Shown: positions 11,770 through 21,859 of the stretch, one piece after another | Layout: every line of letters starts with the position of its first letter | Position numbering within the stretch: the first letter of the stretch is position 1 | Source of the DNA: the human T2T-CHM13v2.0 reference genome, Homo sapiens | NCBI RefSeq assembly: GCF_009914755.1 | Contig: NC_060948.1 | Reading direction: 5' to 3' (one strand) | Length of the DNA stretch: 64,000 nt | Program-made: the position numbers and the translations under genes | The notes under the pieces: generated by a model | Database searches by the model: none | What the model was told of the DNA's origin: nothing | Seen by the model: only the letters and a program-made list of their open reading frames with translations

Positions 11770-14700
11770 ACTGGATGTCCATACCATTACTCAGGTGGGC
11801 CTTAATTCCCAGCCGGGTTCCCTCCCTGGACACACACTGAAGGTCCCCAGCCATTTGGCAATCTCTTCACATTCCCAGCCCTGGAGGTAGCCCTAAAATA
11901 CATGTACCTGAAGAAAATAAAACATTGCCTCACACTGGAGCCCAGTGTGGTCCTCCAGATTCCGTGTGAGGTGGACTAACTTATATGGGAAGGCAGGGCA
12001 GCGGGAGTGAGGATGGCAGAGAGGATTACACATGTCAAGGCAGCCGGGGTCATGGAAACAAAACATGACTGGCCTGGGAGAAACACTGTGAAAGGACACA
12101 GACCTAGGTGGGCCTCAGGTGGACATCCTCGTGGAGAAAAAGGGGGCCCTGGTTGATCTCAAAATGAGCCCCAGGTGGTAGCAGGTCTTACCGCAGGGCA
12201 GGGAGCTGGCGAATGATAATGAGACAGCTATCCCTTTAGCCCTGCTTGTCACCCACTGACTTTAGCCACATATGCATCATAGTGGCTTAAGGGGCCCCGA
12301 TCGTGAAATGTGGGTGTTACATGTCCCTGATGGGTCTCTCTCCCCCAACCCATGGATTGTCTGGGATTGCTCACTGCAGTCTCCTCCAGGATCCTTGGGT
12401 TCTCCATGTGTGGCCCAGATCCAGGTCAAAAGGCCTCTCAGTTCCCAGCGCTTCCCAGCCCTGGGCTGCTCGACTGGCCTCCTCTCTGTTACGCCTCTAA
12501 GGCTGACCCTGTCCCCATGGGATAGAAATGCAATGGATTGAGCCATAGGCCCTGGCTCATGATCTAGGGGACTGCAGAAGTGGGTCCAGGACAGTTCAGG
12601 TGACAGTTTAAAGCCAATTCCCCAGAGACCAAGGAATGACCAGCTAGGTCCTTTCCCATGATGCCCCACGGCAAACACCACCTCCGAACTCGTGCCAAAA
12701 CCCAGGCAGTCATGTTCAGCCAAACAGCTGAATAAGCTCAGGTAGGAGGTGTACTGCCTGCAGCTGGAGGCTTAACCTTCGTGAACCCAGAACCGCTGGA
12801 CTGCAGTGGAATGAGACACCCTGTAGCCTGCAGGGAGAGGAGTCAGGAAGGTTCATGCCAGTTCCACCCTCCCACACACCAGCTCTCCTACCATGCTGGG
12901 AGGCATTCCTTACCGAGGATGCCAACACAGTGCTCCTTCATGATGATTTCACTGTGGAAATAAAGGTTGGGATGAAAGGAAATCATCCTGCCACCGGTAA
13001 CCGGGATGGCTGTGTTCCTCCACCTGCCGGATCAAGGAGAAAGAGGATGGATTCAATGGGACCATCTCAACTAGCTGGGCTGAGGTGGCCTACTTGCTGT
13101 AGTGAGCCATGAGTTTCCCTTTCCCAGCTCTGCCACTGAGACGACCCTGGTCCCAGGGGGACCTCAAACTGACTCAGACACTGGACTCCTCCCACAGACC
13201 CAGGCTCCCCAGCCTGACCTGCAAATCCATCACGTAGCAAAGCAGGACTTCCGCATGCTTTCTGACCCACGCCGACATCTCGTGTGCCAAACAATCTACC
13301 TCTGCGCAAGAACTCTCCAGAGGATTGGGTGGGCAAGCCTCGTGACGCCTTGCAATTTCGCAAGAACACAGACAATGTGGAACAGGGCCATCTCCCAGAC
13401 ATTTGGCCAGTCACCCTTCATTGTTGGCCCTCTATCTCTGTCTGGGGAGGAGGCAACGCCACAACTGTGGTGGTTTTTGGAGTGGGTGGACCCCGGCCAA
13501 GACGGCCTGGGCTGACCAGAGACCGGAGGCAGAAAAAGTGGGCAGGTGGTTGCAGCTGAGGGACGGGAGGGGCGGGGGGTGGTGTGAGGCGGCTGCTTCT
13601 CTGGGTTTCTGAGATGCAGGAGGCCTTTGTGTGCTGGGTGCTGGACATGCTCCGCTGATGTCCGGGTGTGTGGTGTCCTCTTATCCTAGTCTCCCTGAGG
13701 GGTGGGCCTGTCCACCTGAGGGAAGCCTTGTAGTTAGAAGCCACAGCAGGGTCGTGCCTGGCGCTCTCCAAGGGAATTGCGTGGGTCCAGAGGAAGTTAT
13801 ACAGGCTCAGGGCCTACACCCCTTTGAGTGCAGCGCCTGCAGTTGGAAGAATGCGCATCTGCGGAGCTGGTGCCCGCCGTCAGGTGGTCGGCAGCCCCAT
13901 GCGCCGCGAACCCGTCTTAAGCACCTTGTGTTTCTGGGGTGAGCCTGCTGGAAACAGGCACCGAGAGCAGGGGTGGTTCAATGGCTGGTAATGGCATACA
14001 GATTCCCCGTCCTCCAGGGACGTTCCCAGGGAAACGTGTCCTTCGAATTTGGGCTGTGCGCAAAGGGACCTTGGCGCCGCGATTCTCCCTTGTCAGTGCT
14101 GGCCCTGGCTCCCCTTCCCTACCACGTGCTCCCAGGGCTGCTACAAGCGAGCTGCCCTCACAGCTGCGGGAACGTGGCCTCGGCTCCCACGCTGTCCCCC
14201 ATCCCCTGCCTCCTGGCTGACCCCACGCGCCTCCCACCTGGCTCCTCCCCCCAAACAGCCCCCATACCCCGCGAGGCCCGATGACTATCCCCTGCTGCCC
14301 GCCATCCCAAATCGGCAGCCGCAAGGATATGGCTCTGGCTCACAAGGCGGAGATGCTCTGTGGCCTGGGGCATTCACGGAGCCCAGCTCCAAGTGAAGGA
14401 CCTCCAGCGAGTCCATTGACGGCCCCGGTGTGCTCGGTCCAGGGCCAGGCTGTGCCCGCTGGCCCTCCTTCTGCCACCCCACGTCGGGCTCCACCTCAAC
14501 CACCACCTCCACCTCAGCCATGATGTCTTCCACCTTCAGCACCGCCTCCTCTTCCAAGGCCGCCTCCTTGCTCTGTACCCCGGCCGTCCTCTCCAGCATT
14601 GCCTCCAGCCTGAACACGGTTTTCTCCTGGGTGCTCCCACAGACCCTGGGCCTGCGCAGCCCAGCCCAGCCCAGCCCATGCCCCGCACCCGTAGGCTCTG

Positions 14701-14800
14701 GGGGCCCGCTCCCCAGCAGACCCGCTCCCTGCAAGACCCACGGGCGTCGCCCTGCTGAGAAACTGGTCCCACACCTACGTGGACCCAGGTTTCCTGAGGA
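11770..14800 (-). pseudogene. Inverted degenerate TSPY paralogue (relic A, FAM197Y-like region), unit 1
   Basis: Minus-strand exon 1 remnant [38 protein letters not shown] aligns with [42 protein letters not shown]; remnants of exons 2-5 at ~13,295-12,480 carry frameshifts and a stop. Confidence 0.85.
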
Positions 14801-16200
14801 GCTCCGCTGGACCCGCAGATCCCGCACTGGCCAAAGGGCTCCGGTCCCCAGCAGGCTCAACTGCGCACAGGAGCTCGGGAGCCAGAGGCCCCGGCCCTGG
14901 GCTTGCAGAGCCCCACCAACAGGCACCGCAACCGCTGCTGCGGGTGCGGGAGCCTCTGGGTCGTCAAGGCAGCGCACAACAGCGTGCGCGCAGGCCGACA
15001 ATGGCCAACCCTGGCGGCTGGCCTCTGGTGTGCCCAGGGCATAGGACAAGAGGCCCTTTGGAATGCTCCTTGGAGTACAGCATCCTCAGGGAGGAAGCAT
15101 GGTACTCGGAGCCTCTATTTGCCTCGACCTGTGAGAGTGTGTGCCGGGGCTCTGGCCTCTACAGCAGATCAATTCCACCTCAGCACCGGCAGGCGACTTT
15201 CCTCCCACGTGCCCGCCCCGATCACTTCCCCCAGGACACCCCTGCCGCCCTAGCCCCAGCAACCAGAGAGAGTTCTCTGCATCTGCTGTATTACCTCCGT
15301 ACCATCTACCTGGCCTGCCTAACGAAGAGAGATGTTTCCTGTGTTCATGACACATAGAGATGTTCATGGCTTGCCACACTGAGGATGTCAGGGCACAGGG
15401 CTGCCATGCCCACAATTCCAAAGGCCACGCAGCCCGCGTGTGCCCGGATGCCTAGCTACCCGGCACAAGCTCCAAGGGCTTCTCGGAGGAGGCTTGGGCA
15501 GGGAAGGCGGGGGGTGGGGGGGCTGGAGATGCAGGCCCGCCAGTGGCTGTGCCGCCCAGGGAGACGCCCACCGCCCTCCCATTGACTGGCCACGACGGGA
15601 GGAAGTCGGCCTGGGTGCGGCCCCCCGGCCCTTCGCGCGCAGTCCCTTAGGGGGCGCCTGGAAGCCCGGCGCATGCGCCCTGAGGGCTCGCTGACCTACT
15701 GGGTGCCAGAGAGGCTGCGGCAGGGTTTCTGTGGCGTGGGTCGGGCAGCACAGGCCTTGGTGTGTGCGAGTGCCAAGGAGGGCACCGCCTTCAGGATGGA
15801 GGCTGTACAGGAGGGGGCGGCCGGGGTGGAGAGTGAGCAGGCGGCTTTGGGGGAGGAGGCGGTGCTGCTGTTGGATGACATAATGGCGGAGGTGGAGGTG
15901 GTGGCGGAGGAGGAGGGCCTCGTGGAGCGGCGGGAGGAGGCCCAGCGGGCACAGCAGGCTGTGCCTGGCCCTGGGCCCATGACCCCAGAGTCTGCACTGG
16001 AGGAGCTGCTGGCCGTTCAGGTGGAGCTGGAGCCGGTTAATGCCCAAGCCAGGAAGGCCTTTTCTCGGCAGCGGGAAAAGATGGAGCGGAGGCGCAAGCC
16101 CCACCTAGACCGCAGAGGCGCCGTCATCCAGAGCGTCCCTGGCTTCTGGGCCAATGTTGTATCCTTCTCAGTGTTTCTTCGGCCTTTCTAGTGGAGAGGT
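13850..16200. promoter_or_regulatory. CpG island spanning relic A exon 1, the intergenic promoter and TSPY exon 1 (unit 1)
   Basis: Visibly high GC and CpG density versus flanks; divergent gene arrangement; boundaries approximate. Confidence 0.75.
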
Positions 16201-18235
16201 GCTCTCGGGGAAGTGTAAGTGACCGATGGGCAGCTCGGCGTCGATGTGACTCTTTGGGGAACAAAGGGGAGTTGCCACGGACCAATGTGGCTGTGGAAAG
16301 CCGGAGCAGGCGTGGGTACTATTGTCCTGCATGCGGCAGAGAAACCCTTGGTGATGCCGAGCAGCAGACGTTTGGGGCATCTTTTTGAAGAGCAGAAGCG
16401 AGTTCAGAGCGGAAGAGGTTTTTCAGTGAATGAAGCTATTTTTAAGGGAGTGTGATTGCTGCCCCTTGCTAGTCCGATCTGGGACTGGGCGTCTTCGGCT
16501 ATAAGCAGATTCTGCCACTCCTCAGACACCAGCAAGTCTCTGCAAATCGCGCCTCCCCATGTCAGTGCAGTCAGCCTCAGAATCATACACCCTCTGTGAA
16601 CACAGGAGGCCTTAGTTTACGGGGACGGGGAGGCGAAAGGAGATCATACATGGAAGCAGATCTGAGAAATCCCCTACCCCAGCCTCTGGGTGCTCTTAGG
16701 CCTTCTTCCCTGTTGCTCCTCGCTTTCCCTTCCATCGTGTGTAAAGTCTCTTTGACCTAAATCAGATTGCAAACCACCCCCAGATGTCAGCCCTGATCAC
16801 TGACGAAGATGAAGACATGCTGAGCTACATGGTCAGCCTGGAGGTGAGGCCAGGAAGACTGGGGCTGGAGGGTTTAGCGGGGGAGGGTAAGGGAAATAAT
16901 TCATTCCTGTAAGCAAGAGTGAGCACCTCACCCGAAAACCTATCTAAGCTTTCTCCACCTTGTCCTGACAGGTGGAAGAAGAGAAGCATCCTGTTCATCT
17001 CTGCAAGATCATGTTGTTCTTTCGGAGTAACCCCTACTTCCAGAATAAAGTGATTACCAAGGAATATCTGGTGAACATCACAGGTGACAGGTGGCTCCCA
17101 GGATGGGTAGTGGAAGGAAGATGGTGGGTGGATCATTGCCAACGGGATCCAGCCCCCTTCCCACAAAAACTCCTGTCTCTGTAGAATACAGGGCTTCTCA
17201 TTCCACTCCAATTGAGTGGTATCCGGATTATGAAGTGGAGGCCTATCGCCGCAGACACCACAACAGCAGCCTTAACTTCTTCAACTGGTTCTCTGACCAC
17301 AACTTCGCAGGATCTAACAAGATTGCTGAGGTGAGTCCTCACTGGGAAACATGAGGAATGACCCCGTGTGTTCCCAGCTGCTTGGGTCACCTTTCTGAGC
17401 CCTGATGAGGCCTTTCCCGATTGAGTCCCCTGACAGATCCTATGTAAGGACCTGTGGCGCAATCCCCTGCAATACTACAAGAGGATGAAGCCACCTGAAG
17501 AGGGAACAGAGACGTCAGGTGAGCCGTTAGTTGGCACTGGAGCTGTTTGATGCCCAGTATAAGGGGGTTGACACACCTGCCTATTCAGGGAGCCTGGGTG
17601 CTCATTTCAGAAATGTAGAAATTGAGGCTCCTTTCGTACATGTAGAAATTCCTTGAGAGGAAGACAGAGAGTGACAGAATCCAGGACGTTCATGGCATTG
17701 GGCTGAAAAGGCACGTTAGAGACTGCACTGCAAAGCGGGTGATAGCTGTGGAGTCTTAAGCCCAGTGAAGAATCGTCCATTTCCAGAATCAATGAGAAGT
17801 AAAGCTGAAAATCATTCAGTTCAGTCTGTGGCACTTGATTCCACGGCTGTCAACCCCACCGGCAGTCATCCCACCAACCCCATGAGATTGGGCTCCCTGA
17901 ATGTGCGTCCTGGTCATCCTTGCCCCAAACCACAAAGGACTGTTTAGATTGATGGATTTCCTTAAGCTGTTGCCCCATCAGACTTGTGTGTGCTTTTAGG
18001 GCCCAGTGCATCTTGTTAGCTGACTCCCCTCACAGACAATACTGGGAATGGGGCAGGGATTGCGCAGAACAGTTTGTAACACGTGGTAGGAGGAAGTTTA
18101 AGGGATCACAAATGGGGAAGGGATATCCTTTTCTCAGCGGGCCCCACAATTGAAACATTTCAAAGTATGGCTCAGAGAAAATGCGTTTTAACATGAGTTT
18201 GTGTTTCTCTAGGGGACTCCCAGTTGTTGAGTTGA
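15673..18235 (+). CDS. TSPY: Testis-specific Y-encoded protein (NAP/SET family), copy 1, 308 aa; exons 15673-16158, 16766-16843, 16972-17083, 17185-17330, 17437-17518, 18213-18235
   Basis: Exon lengths 486+78+112+146+82+23 = 927 nt, all GT-AG; translates [15 protein letters not shown]...[65 protein letters not shown]...[34 protein letters not shown]. Confidence 0.97.
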
Positions 18236-18405
18236 ATATGATGGAGCATCAGATTTTACCTAATACAGCAGAACTCCTAAAAAGTTACAGCCATATGCAG
18301 GACGGCAGTACTCAGCATGGTCTTATGCACAGGAACTAAAGGAAAAAGAGATCGAGTCACAAAAATTCAGGAAGAGGGGGTAAATGTGGATTGTATGGAA
18401 TGAAA

Positions 18406-18484
18406 AATAAACATTCTCAAGGATGTGTGACTCTGTGTCTGTGTGTGTGTGTGTGTCTTTGTGTTTGTGTGTGTGTGTGTGTGT
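18406..18484 (+). terminator. TSPY polyadenylation signal AATAAA (18406-18411) with downstream (GT)n-rich element
   Basis: AATAAA ~170 nt after the stop codon, followed by an interrupted GT microsatellite. Confidence 0.8.
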
Positions 18485-21147
18485 ATGTTTATCCACTTTA
18501 TTCGGGTGTCATAATGAATTGATCAATCCACGTGCTTTATTCTCTTCATGGAAATAACCAGTCTGCGTTGGAGCTGGGCCTCTAAAGTTGTAGAGTGAAT
18601 GGGTGTGGGATGTGTTGGGATTCTTCCTACAGGACAGAGTGGGAGAGGTAAAAGCAAAAGACAGCTTAGTTGGAGGCTGACTTCGTCCTGTGGAAGCAGA
18701 GATAGTTCAAGGAAAGGGGTTACTGGGTTTCCAGGGCCCAGTTTGCTGGGACCTCCAAAATCCTTCATTTTGGGTATCATCATACACAGTAGCTAAGCAC
18801 AGGATGATGGAAATCTTAAAGTTCGCTTTCGTGTTGAATCCACATGTTCTTTTAAAGGTGAATGCATGATCCTTTTCTGGGACAATCAGCCTCTCAGGAC
18901 TTCTGAAACATCAACGTGAGAAGAAATGGGCATGCAAGGTGTATGGAGGGACTGTGGGAAAGGTGACAGAGGCATGTGGGAAGGCATTCAGCATACGCTT
19001 TTGGTAGAGATGACTAAGGGAAAACAGAAACTTACAGAAGTGAGGGGAAAGGGGGTGGATTAGTGGAATATAAGATTGTTGGAGAATCCATCCATGGACT
19101 CTCTTGTCACTTGATGACCCAGGATATGGACACTCTTGTTGATGTTTACATCTTTAGTTGTTTTAAGCTTTTCTCCAAGATTCTGTGTTAGGTGAGGAGC
19201 CAATAACGTATGTAGCTAACAACAGTACGAGTGCATTTTGTGCTCTTGCAAAGTCTAGTGAGGCTCTATTCTCCCTCGTGATTGGCACTGCAGATTGTAT
19301 CTGGAGCCCAGGGCCCCTAAATTTTCTGTGGCCTCTTCAGCATAGTTTGCCTAAGGTTTAGAACGTAAAGCGAATATAGTTGCGGAATATGTTTTGCAAG
19401 CCTCACACAGGAGGACAAAACATACAGCTTTCATTCGCGAGTGGGAGGCTGCTTCCCAGGAACACGTGTGTCTGCACAAGACAAGGGGTTGCCTCTGTCA
19501 AGGATGGGGCAGGAGGATTTCAGTGTCGGAGGCAGAACTTTCTTTCCTGTTCCCAGATGAAACAGTTCCAACACGAGCATCCATGTTGACCACACGCTAC
19601 TAGAGTGCTAACATTGCTGTCCCGTATAGACTCTGGTCAGCACAGCTTCTGTGAGAAGAGCTATGTTGTTTCAGGGAAGAGGGTTTGACAGTCAAAGTTC
19701 CTGAATCTGTTGTGGTGCCTGCAATATGCATTCTACCCCTCCTGCTCGGTGTCAAAGCAGTTGAGCTTTGAAAATCTATCGCCCGGTTTTGTCCCTGCTC
19801 CTATGCAGACCTCTGAAGCTCTGGAGCGGGAGTCTTGTCCTCCTCTGACTACCGTCCCCCTGACCCACAAACACAGGAGAAACAGGTGTTCTAAGCAAAT
19901 TATTCTGAAAACAGTCGGAACCCTTTGGCCCCCTCAAGCTGCCCTCTATCCTACTGTGTGCATGTCAAAGACACTGTGGTCCAGTACGGTATCCCTATAG
20001 CGGCAATGGGGCAACAGATTGGTGTGTGCACTCTGGGCAACTCAGATTAGGAAACGTCTGGGGACTTGCCTATAACGAGGTCGTCTTAAAACGTGTTTCC
20101 CCAAATTTAAGGCATAGGAAAATGTTGAGGAAAGGGTCTTGCAATGATTTTTCTAGGAGGTAAATAGATAAGAAAATGACCGTAAATAGATGCCAGGGCT
20201 AGTTTTGGAGCTAGCCTGTTTTAAAGTGGTGGTAGGGGAGGAGGTTTTTCCAAGGCAGGTAGCAAACCAGGAACTGTCTACGATGGATGGGCGTGCCATG
20301 GGTTGGTGGCTCAGCCATATTGCCACCCCACGGAGTGGATGCAGCAGACTGGGCTTCTTCCTTGAATCCTACGTGCAATTCAGTCTAGTGATTTCACATG
20401 AGATCCCTTCTTCTGGTATTATCACAGATCGTGCTGAATTATACAGGCTGTGTAATGCTTCTTCCACTGAATATCCGTACACGTGGGCCACAGATGCTAA
20501 GGGCACTGACAAATTTGCACCGTGCCTCAGTAACTCGGAAGCACATCTGTGATTTGTACCGACAGGGACTTGGTGTCTTTTCGTGTTTAAAGTAGCACGT
20601 GTGTGTTTGTGGTTGCGTATGTTTATTTCTCTGTGCGGGTTTGTATATTTTCTCTGACTCCACCTATGTCTCCGTGGTTCCGATATTTTTCCACACTCCC
20701 TGCGGCAATTTGCACATGCCTATCTCTACAACCATTGTAGACTTTGTATCTGTGTCTTTGAACATCTGTCACTCTCTCTCCCTTCCTTTTTTCTTTTCCT
20801 TCCTTTACACCCCTCCTTTCATCCTTCCCTTGCTTCCCCACCACACTCTCTCCATCTGTATCGTCTATGTTTCTATTCTCTATCTGGGTTTACTTTCTAA
20901 TTCTGAATTCAAGGGCATTGAATTGAAAAGAAGCACTCTTCGTACTTTTATGTGTTTTAACTCATTTGGGGAATTTGGCGTGGTATTATTTACAGGGTTC
21001 TCTCTGCCCTTTCTCATTGTTCTCCCCAGCCGGGGCTGTTATTATGTGAAAGCTGGTTTCCTTCATCACATCGCGTAGGCTCTAATGATGTTTCGTTTAT
21101 TTTGATTCTCCTCACACTACATAGTTTTAATTTACCTAATGTGACTG

Positions 21148-21453
21148 TTTTTTTGTTTGTTTTCCGAGAATGGGTCTTACTCTGTCTTCTAGGTTGGACA
21201 GCAGCCCCACGATCTCAGCCCACTGCAGCCCAGGCACCACACACCCATGTGATCCTGTCAACTCAGACTCTCACACACCTGGCAGTACAGGTGCATGCCA
21301 CCCCTCCAAGCTATGTATTAATTAACTAAATACTTACTTTTTGAATGTGGGTCCATGTTGCCCCAGGCTCATCTGGAACTCCTGAGTGCAGGCAATCCTC
21401 CCACCTCAGCTTATCAAAGTGCTGGGATGACAGGTGTGACCCATGGCCCTGCC
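21148..21453 (-). mobile_element. Degenerate Alu (AluJ-like), unit 1
   Basis: gggtcttactctgtc...cccactgcagcc...ccatgttgccccaggctcatctggaactcctgag...caaagtgctgggatgacaggtgtga. Confidence 0.75.
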
Positions 21454-21597
21454 ATGGCTTTGTGTTTTTTGCTTTTTTCTTCCTCCTCCTCACGTCTTGT
21501 TTTGAAACATGCACTGAAGGTTTCAATTCATGGACTATAGCCTCTGTGCCTGGAATTTCTATCTTTCAACTCATCATCAGCATTCATTGGGATTTTC

Positions 21598-21730
21598 ATA
21601 TATATATATACCTATATAAGAATACCTATGTACACACATATATACGTATATACATGTATATACGTATATATGCACATTTATATACGTATATACATGTATA
21701 TACGTATATATATACATGTACACATATGTA
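21598..21730. repeat. (TA)n / TATACG-TATACA simple repeat with perfect palindromes, unit 1
   Basis: Direct reading of the sequence. Confidence 0.9.
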
Positions 21731-21859
21731 TTTATTTCTCAAGTTACGAAATGGCTTGCATTCTTTCCTGTGTCATGAAAAAGACTTTGCTAGAAAAGAA
21801 AAGCACTGCTTTATAATAAAATATTTTATTTGCATTTATTTTGTTAAGGCATTTTAAAA

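Noticed and set aside
14430-16104. Long overlapping ORFs of 192-238 aa on both strands in the CpG island
   Set aside because: GC-rich DNA is poor in stop codons; these are antisense shadows or alternative frames of TSPY or relic exon 1, several with non-ATG starts, and show no recognisable protein
15673-16191. 172-aa ORF as the complete TSPY product (also 35969-36487 and 56308-56826)
   Set aside because: It is exon 1 read into intron 1; the spliced six-exon CDS gives 308 aa
19200-20700. Possible LTR/ERV remnant downstream of TSPY
   Set aside because: I could not match termini or diagnostic motifs with confidence; needs RepeatMasker
21345-21857. Hydrophobic or YI-rich ORFs and VC/TH-rich ORFs near 31,300-31,780
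   Set aside because: Translations of Alu, (TA)n and (CA)n simple repeats
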